DNA of 64,000 bases from Schmidtea polychroa. Lineage: Eukaryota. Under the pieces are notes generated by a model. The model made no database searches and had not been told where the DNA came from. It saw only the letters and a list, made by a program, of their open reading frames with translations. Made by a program: the position numbers and the translations under genes. The number at the start of each line of letters is the position of its first letter. Position 1 is the stretch's first letter. The DNA lies in assembly GCA_044892525.1 (NCBI GenBank), contig CM097885.1, positions 53,322,001-53,386,000 of the forward strand. Direction: 5' to 3'. Below are positions 37,881 to 51,500 of the stretch, piece by piece.

Positions 37881-38026
37881 TCCTATTTATAATACATGGT
37901 CATCATACTTGTTTTTGATTTTTCTACATATTGTTTTAATTTTTCTATTTTTATTTTGTACATACTACTATTATCACTACTTTTATCATTCCATTTATAC
38001 ATTATTTACAACAACTCCTCCTCTCG

Positions 38027-39520
38027 TTATACCAGTGTCGCCATGGGGCCGGAATGCAGCGTGCGCATTCCCCCGTATCTTTCGTCCGTTAGTCGGTATA
38101 TATCGACTTCGTGTGCCCATTCGTTAGGTGTGGGTATTCTTGGTAGTTCCGACATCCACAATCCACTGGATCCGGGGTCCTCTACCACCTCGTATTCTCC
38201 TAGATTCAGATTCTCGGTTGGAATACCGTATTCAAATTTTTCCACTTTGGGCCATTTTCTTCGGTTTCTCGGTTTTTGTTTACATCTTTTGGTGGTTCTT
38301 ATCCACTGAATCATTGCTAACGCTATTATCGTGCTTACTATCGCGCTAGTTATCCATATCATCTTTGTGATTATCGTTGTTCCATTATTTGTTTTTTCTG
38401 TCGTTAATATTGTACTACCTGTGGTGTTTGTTTCTGGTGCTTTGATTTTCTTGAATGCTTGATGTAATCGTTCCTTCTCTTTTTCTGTTAGGTGACTGTG
38501 ATTTTCCCGTTTCTCTCCCCCTTCTTGATCTCGGGGTATCCACGGTATGTTTATTAATTGGGGTTTTTGTCGAGTTATTGGTTGACATACGCTGGTTCCT
38601 CTTCCTTTCTTAAGGATACATACTTGGTATCGCTCTTTCCGTTTCCCTGTCTCCATTTTAACGTCTGCACCTTTGTCTATCGGTGTTGTTGTACAGTCGA
38701 TTATTCCCGTCTTATCCATTACACATATCCTTATGATTGGTTCTCCTTCTTGGTTTTTGACTGTAATTACCTCTTCACCTTTCTTGTTGAGGTTAATAGT
38801 TATCTGCACTTCCCGTCTTTCGTCTTTAATTACTTCGTTAATCCATGTTGTTGTTGTTATTAATTCGGTTTGATTTTGTTCTGTTGTTGTTTTTGTACTA
38901 ACTGATTTGTTTGGCTTCTTGGTTGCTATCCCCATCAATGGACCTTGTTTCATTGCCATACTCCTTGGTTTGTCTTTTCTTGGTGCAGTTCTTGTTCCTT
39001 TACATACTACTATCCCTTGTGTTCCTGCGCATACCACAGTAGGGGTATTTGGTTTGACTTCTCCCCAGAAGAATTTGTGGTCTTGTGTCATATCTGTTAT
39101 TATGCATATATCTCTGTCTTCTCTGATGCATACATGTGTAATTGATCGACTCCCTTTATCCTCTATTTCGATACCTTCTTCCAGAATGTTAAGTTGGAAA
39201 TGTACTCCGGTTTCATTGGCTCTTTCTAGTTCCATTTCCTCTGTTGTTATGTCCCTACAGATGTCATAATCTCCGCATAGCCTGGGGTCTCTTTTTTGGC
39301 TGCTAAAGATCTTTCCTTTTGTTATCGATCTGAAATCACAACTTACTCCTGTTCCTTCCATTAGTTGCACACATATTCCGACGGCGTTTCCGTCGTAATC
39401 GCTGACTTTTATCATAAATACTTCGCCTTCTTGGAAAGCTTCTCTTACGATTCTCATATTTTTTGTTTCCGTTAAACAGATAGATGTTAGTATTATAAAT
39501 ATTCTTTGTAGTAGGATTGG
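38027..39520 (-). other. Polyprotein C-terminal membrane protein (internal signal, Cys-rich ectodomain, TM, tail)
   Basis: RIFIILTSICLTET signal-like segment; repeated beta-rich units with C-x-x pairs; Thr-rich stalk; TM MIWITSAIVSTIIALAMIQWI followed by basic residues. Confidence 0.7.
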
Positions 39521-42500
39521 CTGGATTTGATTCCGAAATACTATGCTGTGTAGTGGGGACTTTCGCTTTTTGTTTTCTGTTTTGTCGAATCCTTGATCTT
39601 CACCTCGACATTGGTCCTCTTCGTCTTCTTCCAACTCCTCATCATCATCCGTTGTTTCTCCGCCCTCCGGATTTTGTTCTCTGTCGTTTTCCTCTGGGTT
39701 TTTATCGTTATCCCCCATCCTTTCGTCGTCGTCATCGTCGCCATTCCTCTCACCCGGGGTTTTCCCAAAAATGTCGTCCTCGACATTTGTCGCTTTGATC
39801 ATCTCTTCGTATTTTTTAATTATCTCTTTTTTATCGTTGTGGATACTTTCTCGTTCTTCTTTGGTTCCTTGATATTTCCGTTGTTTCCGGTGCCATTCCC
39901 ACACTAGTATTTCTAGTTGCTTTTTCATCGTATGTGCTTTTGTGCATTTCCACCAATTACCTGTCAATTCTGCTCTATTTCTTTGTAATATTGCTTTAAT
40001 GGTTTTTGGCATTGGTGGTCTTGAGTATATGGCGCTCCTTAGTACGATATTTTCGGTGTTCTGAAATTGATTTATATCAATTACTTCCGCTTTTAATTCG
40101 TTTTGTTTCCATTTGATTAACATTGCTGCGGTTCTGTCTAAGTTTCCTCTGATGGCTTCCAGAATTGGTTCAATGCTCTGTCCCAACACCTCGGCCTCTT
40201 CAGCGGTTGCATTTCCTGTGATAAAGTTCACTATACTAGGTCTTTTTGACCTGACGGCATAACGTAATACGTTTCGTTGTTTGTTGTCCTTTTCTTTCAA
40301 CGTGGATCCCGTTCTTAATAATTCTCTGAGTACATCTCTTGACGCGCCTATTGCTATGGCTTTCATCAGTGGAGTTTTCCCTTTACTATTTTTAACGTTT
40401 GTCGATTGTTTGCAGTTTTCCATTATACGTATGATCTCTAATGCTCGTTTTTCCTGTCCTGCTTTGACTGCATGATGAATTGGCCAGTTATCACTCAAGT
40501 CACTTGTTAGGAACATGATTGGTAATCTCCGGATTAGTTCATATATTTGAGTCGGTATTTGTAATCCTTCGGCATATCTTCGTCCTTTCGCATATCTTTC
40601 TGCTACTAACATTAGTTTGCCCAATACTTGGTATTTATTGGTTATATCGGCCCATTCTGGTACAATTTCTCGTGCTATTTTTACTGTCATATTCCATGTT
40701 GCTTGGCTCCTTGCCATTGCGCCAGCTTCGCTTTCTGCTTCGGTTCCTTTATGGGCGCTGCTGCTTGTTTCTCCCCTCAACATGAATATCCGTCTTGTCT
40801 GTGATCTAGTTAATCTACCGCTTACTTCTGGTTCCGTTGTGGCATTTGTTTGTGATCTCGTGATTATCTTCCTTGTTTCTGGGTCTTTAGTGGCAGTTTT
40901 CGCTACTGCTTTACATCGACATGTATTCACATAAATGGGTCTAATTAGTGGGTTGTTAACCAACTTTACTCTAGCGTTGTTCTCGTTTACATAGATGATT
41001 TCATATGGCCCTCTGCCATTACGTTGTAATTTCTTTGCTATTCCTGGGATTAATTCGGGTGTTTCTATAATAACCCAATCTCCGACTTTAAATTGATGGT
41101 TTTGCACGTTCTTCTTTTTATCATGCAATTCCTTATAACTTTCTTGGTTGAATCGGATGTTCATCCCTGCGGTTTTCCATATTTCTTGCATTCTCTCTTT
41201 GAACTTTGTCACATAATCATCTATCTCCATATATTGTGAGATTGGCGGTTGGTATTCGAGATCCATCGGCATGTTGCATTCCCGTCCATACATGAGTTTA
41301 AACGGACTCATTTTCGTTGCTGAGTGTATTGACATTCGATAAGCCATTAGACACAACTTAATATATTCATCCCAATCCTTTTGATGTTTACTTACATAAT
41401 TGGACATCATGTCTATTAGTATGCCGTTAAACCTTTCTGTCTGCCCATTCGTTTGCGGGTGGTATGGCGAGGTTCTCAATTTGGCAATTCTGAAGTAGTT
41501 TGTTACTTCATTTATTATCTCGCTCATGAAGTTAGTTCCTTGGTCTGTTAAGATTTGTTTTGGAGTTCCATACCTGCAGCAAATCTCTTCCACTAATATT
41601 CTTGCAACCGTTCGTGCTTTTTGGTCCGGCATCGCAAATGCTTCCGGAAATTTTGTCAGGTAATCAGTTACTACCAATATGTACACATTTCCATTGTTAG
41701 TCTCAGGTAGTGGTCCAACTACATCCATTGCAATCATTGTCATTGGTTCCGGCGGTATCGGCATGGGTTTCAAGGGCGGTTTTAATTTACTGCCTGTCGT
41801 TTTCCTAGTTGCGCATATTAGACAGTTCTTTATCCATTCCTTCACGTCATCGCTCATATTCGGCCAATAATATTTTTGTTTAAGCCTTGCTTCTGTTTTC
41901 TTGACTGACATATGTCCGCCCAATTTACCGTCATGGTATTGAATCATAATTTCTTTCCGTCTGCTTTCCGGTAAGCACATCAGTCGTTTGTCGCCATCCA
42001 TTACCAATAGCCATCCTTTCTCGATCGTATATCTGTGACGATTTTTCTCCATGTGTTCTTTTAATCGATCATCGTTGTTAAATATTTTCATATCGTTCTT
42101 ATCCAGGAACTCGATTATTAGTTTTAATTCGCTGTCTTCCTTTTGCTCGTTCTTTAGATTGGTGAAATCAATATCTTCCGCGATTATCATACATATTCGT
42201 CTGACGTCATGATCCATGAGTTCTTCGAACACAAATTTCGATAAGCAATCCGCATTCGCGTTTGCTTTTCCTGACTTGAATTTGATGTATGGGGAATATT
42301 CTTGTAATTGCATTGCCCATCTCATTAACCGACTAGATGCTTCTTTATGTTGGCCCAACCAAACTAGCGGTTGGTGATCCGTAGTAATAATTATCTCGTG
42401 TCCCCATAATAAATATTTAAAATGTTTTATCGCCTGGATTATTGCCAAGGCTTCTCTTTCTGTGACTGAGTAATTCTTTTCGTGCTTTTTGAACGTCTTG

Positions 42501-45500
42501 CTATAATATCCGATGACTCTTTCTCGTTTCTCCTCATCCCATTGTCCTAGCACAGCTCCTGATGCATATCCACTTGCATCGGTTGCTAATAGAAAGGGCT
42601 TCTTGAAATCTGGATGTATTAAGATAGGTGAGGCTATTAACTTGTCTCTTAGCGATTCGAACGCTATTTGCTGTTCCCTTTCCCACAGAAATGGAGTATC
42701 TTTTTTTGTTAGTTCCTGAATTGGTTTTGCGATAGTTGCATAATTTTTGATGAACTTGCGGTAGTATCCGCATAATCCCAGAAATTCTTGTACCTGAGTC
42801 ACGGTTTTTGGTATCGGACAATTCTTTATTTTCTCAACGTTTCTCGGATCTGGTTCTTTTCCTTTTGCCGACACAATGTGTCCTAAAAATGTGACTCTCT
42901 CCTTTGCCCAATCGCATTTTGACGGTTTCAATTTCAGCTTCCATTGTTTCAGTCTTATGAATACGTTTCTGATGTCGATTAAGTGTTGCTCGAAAGTACC
43001 TGAATAAATTAACAGATCATCAATATACACCATACATTGTTTAATTCCGTGTGTCACAAAGTTCATACATCTTTGAAACGAAGCAGGTGCGTTTGTTAAT
43101 CCAAATGGCATCTTTTTAAACTGATATAGATCTTTTCCGATGGTGAAGGCTGTCTTTTCTCTGTCTTCCTCTTTAACTTTAATTTGCCAGTATCCACTCT
43201 TTAGATCTAAAGATGTAAAGTATGCTGCTCCATGCAACATCTGTAACATTTCGTTTATGTCTGGCAGTGGATATGTATCCCTTTTTGTTACTGCGTTCAA
43301 CCTCCGATAATCAATACAAAATCTCTGTGTGCCGTCTTTCTTTTTGACCATTACTACTGGGAATTGCCATGGTGAGCAACTAGGTTCTATTACACCAGCA
43401 TCTAACATCTTTTGTACTTCTTCCTCTGCCACCGTTTTCTGTGCTTCGGCTAATCGATATGGTCTCAAAGTTATGGGTGTCTCATCTGTTAATGGTATAA
43501 TGTATTGAGTTACATCGCTGGTACCCAAATCCAAATCTGAAGCCGCAAAAATATCTTTAAACTCAATCAGTAGTTGTCTGAGTTGTTCCTTTTCATCTTC
43601 ATTTAGGAGTTCGCTATCGATGGTCCATAATTCTTTTTCGTCTGCTCCCTCGCTTTTTATCTCCGGCAGCTCAATGTTCATCATTGGTGTGAGTTTTCCA
43701 AGTCTCTCGTTTTCGTAGATTACTTTATCTTCCTCATCAAAATTGGTGATGTTGATGGGTATCTCGTTATCCTCATTTATACTGACAATTTCTCTTGCCA
43801 ATGGCAGCTCCCTTCTCTTCTCGAATTTTTGACTTGGTTCAAATATCATATCTCCTTTGGCTTCGTTATCGACCTTGACATAACATATTGTCTGGGTACA
43901 TGCTGGTATTATCATTTTTTCGGAGCATCTCACTTCTGTTCTCATTGTGCATATCTGTCCAGTTTTATCTTTTAATTTCATGGAACTCAAATCAATCACA
44001 ATTTCCTTCAATAATTCCGGCATTACATCTGTTCCAATTATACATGATACGCTTAGCTGTCTAATGACTGCGAGGTACGTTGTAACTTTAACCCCTTTGT
44101 ATTCGATCGTTGACCATACTCTTCCTACTACCGCTATGGATTGTTTGCTGCATGTTATTACATCCATGGTTGTCTCCTCAATGCATGGCCATAGTCTTCC
44201 TGGTAGCATATTCATATTTATTGCTGAGATATTTGCTCCGGTATCAATCATTGCATCCATCTCTATTCCGTTTACTTCGACCGTGATAGTTAATGATGGT
44301 GCTGCTGGTGTCTGCAATACCGCAATCGTTCGTGTCTCCACCTCTTGCCCCACATTTTTAACTGGCTTGGTCATTGTTGGGTCCAGTGCTGCCCAATTTG
44401 GCTCATAAGCCATTGGATAAATATTCGGTACGGGTAATCTTCCGGTTCCCATTCTTATCCGTTCTCTCATTGTTCCTGGTCGTCGCATTGGTCCATTAGT
44501 TGGTGCCTGTAAATATGGTGATCCCCATGGTTTCATTTTTTCGTTTTCCCAAGTGGCTGTATTTTTGTTTATCAACATTACTCCTCCTTGATTATTGTCG
44601 TCGTCGTCGAAATCATCATTGTCATCACTATCATCGTCTCGTCTGAGATTCATCCACTTTTTCCACTTCCCGGTTCTTTTCGCTTTCTCTTGAGTTCTTC
44701 CTGCTTCTAATCTCATTATCACTTTGAACTTACGTCTGACTTCTTCGTCTGTCCCTTTCATTTGCGTTAATATTTTCAACAATCTTTTTATTCGATGAAT
44801 ATCCTTTGAGTGTCCATGCAACACCATTGTTTTCGCTAAGAACGGTAAGAATCCAATTGCAAGTTTCCAATTTACTTTTCTCTCGCGCTTATAGATGTCA
44901 AAACATGCTAGCATCTGAGTTAGTATCACTCTAACTATTTGTATTATCAGAATAATTCCGAGTATTCCCGCGATCATTTGGCCAAATACCAAAAATCGAC
45001 CCCACATAGCCTTCATCATGTTTGCTGTTGCTTGTTGGTAGTGACTTGGTGATAATAATAGCTCGTAGTTCGGGCTCTCCCCATAATTATTTCCTCCAGA
45101 AATAGTCACTATATTTGATAAGATTGCTTGTCTTTGCGCTGGGAATAACAGGTGGGCTCTTGCTGATTCGAGATCTTTTGGTGTATATAATCCACTCTGG
45201 GATACGTCTATCGGCTTGAACTCTAGTTCTGTTGTTAGTTCCGTCAATCCAAATTTCTTGGGTGTTACTACGATTGTTTTACTTGGGAATTGAACCCATT
45301 GTCCATCTTCTTTTTCATACATTGGTCCATATGCATTACTACAATTAAACAGATTTGGTTGAAACCCTACCGGGTTCATTACCCTAGTGACTGCTTGCAC
45401 AAACCTGGGTTTACCTTCGTGAATAATTTCGAGTTCGTTTGCACACTTATCTCTTGGTATTGTAGGGTTTCCTGGCAATCTTGCCATTATCTTTTTGCAT

Positions 45501-48500
45501 TGGTAGGTGTACATCACTTCACCCACGATTCGTCCGAAATATCCTTCCTGTAATGGTAGTAACGGAATTGCGTTATCTGGATTTGTAATCGCCATTGCTA
45601 ATTTTGTTCTCAATATTTCTTTGTTGAGCAGGCAATCGTTTCTTAACAGATCATGGTAGACTTTTTCCGTGGATGTTAATCCTCTGTGATATAAGAAATC
45701 CATCTTATTATTAGCGTATAAATATAGTTTGACATCCTTTTCGCTTAGTCTTCCGACTGCATTTGCTAGGGTTCTCCGCGGCAAGTAGATCCCTTTATAA
45801 TTGGTGCTGATCACCATCTCATCGCATTTACTCACCATTTTGTTCTTTATGAACCTCATTCCTATTCCATCGTCTTTGGAGATTATCGCTGTGGGTGTTA
45901 CTTCCGATTCCAATTTCGATGTTATTACTTCTTCTCTGAATCCTTTCCTTGCTCTCAGCTCTTCCATCGCTCGTTTTTCTGCTTCTCCTTTTGGTTCACT
46001 GTATACTTTCCCTTGGATTTCTTCGAATATTGCTGTTTTGAGTAACATTAGTCGACATACTTTCTGATCCGCATGGTATACCAGAGTTGACATTCCGGTT
46101 GAACATGATCGATCTGATGCGAGACAACTTGGGTATTTCTTCATTGCTTGCGTGTCAGGGTCGAAATAACCTTGATACCTTTCTAATTTAGCTTCGTAGC
46201 TTTCTATTACGACCACTTCACTAACCAGTTGTCCGTTCAAGGTGTATGTTCCTGTCTCACATGTCCCATCTCCTTTAGTGATTCTGCCTGCCGTATACAC
46301 GCGAGTCGTTTTTATTTTTCCTGGTTCTGCAGCAATTTCAATCCCTTGCCTTAAGTGGATTCTCCCTGATCGGAATCCTTCCTCGCATTCCTCTCTTGAT
46401 AGTAATAATACTGTCGATTCCAATCCCGGTTCTATGATTGTTGAGTGGGAGGATGAACCGCAGTGATGTGCAAATATCTTTCTGGTTACCGTACATTCTT
46501 GGACCATGGTTTTGATGAAATCTGCTTCTTGATATACGTTATACGAGACTGATGCCATGACTGTTTGTAATTTTCTTGGGTTTGCCGCTTTACAGTCTTC
46601 CGTATCCTTTAATGAATATTTCTCATGGATTTTTATGTTGTCGCAGTCGTATACTGCAAATGACTCCGTTCCTTTGATGCACATCATCCATATCAATATC
46701 GTGGTTATTATGGCATTCATTCCCTTTCGGCTTGCTCTTGGGTCGTTCATATTGATTGTTCCTTCGAATTCCGTTAGCAAATCGCGTAACTTTGCTTGCA
46801 TCATTTCCGTTTGATCTTTCTTCCCAGTTGATTCGATGAAGTTTCTCCATCCCCCTTGTTCAAGTATATATGGTTCTATTGATCGTTTGATTATTTCTGT
46901 TACTGTGAATTCATAACCAGTTGCGTTATATTTTGGCATTCGTTTTTTATATTGACCAATGACGTTATACACCAAATATGCTAATCCCACTAAATATCGA
47001 TTTTGGTCTTCTGATCTGCTTAACAGATGTTCCACAATTAATCTGAGTTCCACGGGATCCTTTAACGTTAATCGAATTTTATTATCCATGATTTTCATTA
47101 TTATCGGTTTCAATACCGCCCATAATTGTTTGGCTTCGGTCGGAATATTATCCTTCCTCATTACTCTTTTCACATCTGGATTTGCTAACGCTAACATGTT
47201 AGCTAATAAGTCGTTTATCCATCGTGTCCCTTGTTCCCGGACGTTTGTTTTCACTTTGACTTGTTTTACTAATGCGCTTAGTTTATCCATTTTAGTTTTT
47301 ACCTGTTCCATTTGTGCTTGAATTTTGGATTTTGGTTCCACCTCTGCTTTATCTGTTTTTGGTCTTCCTCTTGTTCGTCGATCCATAGCCGTCCCGGTTT
47401 CTTTCCGTTTTGGCGGATTGTAAGTTGTATCTTTTGACGTGGTCGCTCCTGGATCTACTCTCCAGTTACTCCATTCATCGGTTGTGGTTACATCTTTATT
47501 GGCACTTCCCCCCATATTATCTAAATCCGTCTCGGCTGGTTGTCTTTGCGCACATACAAATCCATCTAGATCATCAGTTGTTGGTTCACCTTCGTGGATG
47601 AATAGATCTCCTGATTGCGATGCTCTCATAATCTCGCCTGCTTCTACTATCTCTTGTAATTCGTCTAGTATTTCGTCTTCTCCCGTTGTTTCGATCGTTA
47701 CTTCACTAACCGCATTTGGAACTTCTGGTGTGTCTAAACTTCCTGGTTGTTTTGTAGATGATTTTTGCTTTATTTCTCTTCTCCTTAATTCTCTCCCTGC
47801 AATTTTACTCACCGTTAATCTGTTCACAATTTCTCCTTGGAGTGGTATCACACCAATTTCGATATCGTCGTCTAATGATCGTCCCTCGTGTTGTAAGTGG
47901 AATGGGAGTTCATAAGGTATTCTCTTTTTAACTTCCCTGACCTTGGCTGTTGTGTAGAATTCCTTTTCCATTGGTTCAAAATCTGGCAAGAATATTTTTA
48001 GTTGATATTTCTCAGGTAAGTTTTCGGCCCACTCTTGTTGTTTCCATTTCCGAATGATTTCACCAAATTGTTCAGGGTACCATACGTATACCCGTCGATA
48101 TTCTTCAATCGCTTTAACGATTTTTCGTAGGTTTTGAATCCTTTTGCATGATTCGGCTATCCATTTTGCTAGTTCTACTACCGCTCGTCGACGATTTTTC
48201 GCACCGTTTTGTAATATCTCCATCAATTCCTTACATTTTTGTGCTTCCAACAATGTCGCTGCTTCCTCCTCATCTGCGTCGGCGTCTATTGGTAGATGTC
48301 CTGAATCAGGCACCCTTCTCCTCATCATACAGATTCTCGGTTGATTTTCTGGTATGTTTAGTCGTTGGTTCATTTCTTGTTCTGTTTCAACTTCTACTCT
48401 GATCTGGATCGCATTGTCTTTCACAAATATTGATTGTTCATTCTCAATGTAATTTAGACGTATTAATTTAGACGTCCCAGAAGCCATATTTTCTGATGTT

Positions 48501-51500
48501 GTTGGTCGTTGGTAGCATGTGCTCCTTGGGTCTGGTTTCATTGTTTCTTTATGTATGTTAAGGCTATCTTTCAGTGGTTCGATTCCTATCGTTACTTTTC
48601 TGCTAAACGGCCATGGTACTTCGTCGTCACAATTTCCTTTGCAGATGATGAAGAATGCCGATACATAACTTCCTTTTCCTACCCCGTCTCCGTTCGGGTA
48701 TATTCGCAATTTCATCTTGTACTCACCTAGTCCTGAGTAGAACGGTGGGCTTACTAATCGTGTGATTTTCTCTTCCTTTGCTGATTTTATCTTTTCCATC
48801 CAATTCTCAATTTTCCACGTGAATGGTGCTAACCTTACCGGTTCTCGTATCTCCTCATCTTCTCCTGGTTGTAATTCATTTGGGAATTCTTGTGGCAGTA
48901 TATCCTGGTAGGTATCGATCGGTTTCTCTCTTACCCATACTGCTGCAATCTCTTCTGGTATATTATCTATCCAATTTGGTTCCAACTTTTGCTGTTCCCA
49001 ATCCCATCGAGCTTCACTTTCAATCCACACCTTTTTCCATGGTATCAGTTTGCAATCTTTATCATTGAATGCTGCTAATTTTAATTTATCATCTTTTAGC
49101 CAATGGTTATAAATATCTATTATTCGATCCATCTTTGCTCTCATTCCCCATTGGAATCTTTTAATTTGTTGCTCTGTTTTGGTGGCGTTCTTGTGTCCAC
49201 CCGATGGTTCATCCATCGCAATTATATTGATGACGGCTCCATCTTCCCAGATTCCTAGTTCGTAAATTACAGTTCGGTCTCCTCTTTCTAACATATGCCG
49301 GTTGTACATTATTATCACATCTTCGATCATTCCATCCTCACTATTTTCTCGAGCTTTTTGGATGATCTCTTGATCTATGATTTGCACTAACTCGTCAACT
49401 TGGCAATCGGGGTTAACTTCTATTATTTGTTTCTCTTCATTTGGTAACTTCACCTTTATTTTGATCGTTTCTTGTTCGCATTTGGTTCTCTCGTATTCTC
49501 CGTATTTGGATATCAATTCTGTTGCTCGTTTATCTTCGAATCTCATAATTTCCGTGTCTCGTACGTCTTTGACAAATTGTTTCATTAGTTGTGGCCATCT
49601 TTCTCTCAGTCTATTAATGTATTTCCTTGCCTGATCGATAGCTTGTTTGACTAAGATTATTTGATTTTCTTTCATTATTTTTCGTTCGATCTTTTCCAAT
49701 TCTGGTTCCACTTCATTGTTAAACACTTGTTGGATTTTCTTGAACATTTCTGCTACCGATTCGTCATCTCTGGTTTTCTCTAAGGTTAAGATGTTAGTTT
49801 CGTTTGGCCATATCATCGCATCTACTAAATGTATGCCCATTTTAACTTTGTAACCATCAACATATAATTGTTTATTTTTATGACTCGTTCCCATTTTTTC
49901 CTGTACCCAGTTGTACAGTTCATCGGTATTTGTTCCTTTTAGTTCAATAGTCTGTATCTGAATCTCGGGGTGTTGAATACTTACTTGATATTGATCTGGG
50001 TCTGCTTCCCTTAGTTTCTCTTTATATTTTGTTGCTAAATCTTTCCATGCTGCCGTTATTATACTTCCTTCACACTGGTATACTTGAGTTATAAGTTTTA
50101 CGCATTTTCTATATGTTAGCTCGTTGATGTAGCTCTCATTCCGCTCTATTTCTGTTACTGTGTCGAAAATTTCCTCAAATATCTCCTCATCATCTTTTTC
50201 TATCATTGATTTCATGTCATCATTTTCACTCTCATCACTACTTTGAGGTGTTTCACTGTTTGGAGGTGTTTTCGGTTCGTTGTTTTCCTCACTTGACTGA
50301 AATAATTCGCCTCCCAGGCTACTCACCTCACTTTTTTCATCTTCCTGATCCGTCTGATCACTCCGCATTTGTCTCAACATGTTTATTTTAGCTTTGGTAT
50401 GTGGTTCTTTCTTTTCGAACCACTCATTTTTCCTGAACCAATGCTCTTTCACTTTTTCTTTAATTTGTTCCTCAGTTAATGTAGGGTTTTCGTTTTTGAT
50501 TCTGTTTTCGATTTTTTGTAGTAGTACCCTCTTAATTCGATTTTTTGTAACTATCTCATTGCTTTTTGATTCGTCTTGGCTCTCATCTTTCTTTTGTCTC
50601 CTTTCTTTCTCCTCTTTGGTAAATTCTTTAATCAATTGTATTTTCTCTTCGCTGCTCAATTCTGTCTGTGGATCAATCTCATTTTCTTTCGTCGTTTTTA
50701 TCAGATCACTCCCTTCGTTGTTAACACACTGCTCCGCAGTGTGCGATTCCTCTTTATTTGTTAACCTCATCATATTTATTCTTCCGGGATTCGCTTCCCG
50801 TTGTTTCCATCTTTCTTGAATTTCTCTGGCTTCTTCGTTTTGTAACCTTTGCCATTCGATTCGTTGTTGGTCTTGTTGTTGCTTACTTGGTTGTTTCCGG
50901 ATTTCTTCGGTGCTCTGCATCATGTTGATTCGTTGTTGTTGATTATTAGTCGGTATTCGCTGGATCATATCCTTTAGTTGTTCGATTTCCTGCATGAGGT
51001 TGATTTGCGTGTTCTGAATTGGGTTGTTTGATCCTGGTTGATTTGGTTTGGCTCTCATCGTGCATTCTCTGGCCATGTGTCCAGGTTGGTTGCAATTGTA
51101 GCAGGTTCTAGTTCCTCCTCTGCCCGTAGGCATCGTGGGACCTCTGCAGATGGTTTCCGTGTGGCCTCTTCTCCCACACTTTTGACACATCCTTGCTCTA
51201 AAACATTCATTGCTCCAATGCCCTGATCGTTGGCATATGTTGCACGTTCGATTGTCGTTGTTACTGAAATTATTAGTAAAATTTTGAATATTACCTCCAC
51301 TGTCTTGGTTTCTCGTTTGTGGGGTTTTGAACAACTGTTGCGATCCTGGGATGAATTGATTCATTACTGGATTTGCATTATTGACTTGGTTGTTTGTGGT
51401 TGTTGTTGTTGTTGCTGGAGCTGCTGGAGCTGCTGTCATTGCTGCTACTTGTATTGGTGTTAGGTAAGTTTCGCATTTGTTGGCTATTTTTAGTGCTTCT

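Noticed and set aside
43690..43940. dUTPase-like segment between protease and RT
   Set aside because: Resembles the common degenerate beta-rich linker of Gypsy Pol; catalytic dUTPase motifs are not visible
48030..48250. Helical segment between MATH and UBL3 faintly like a CID/VHS domain
   Set aside because: Similarity too weak to support without a profile search
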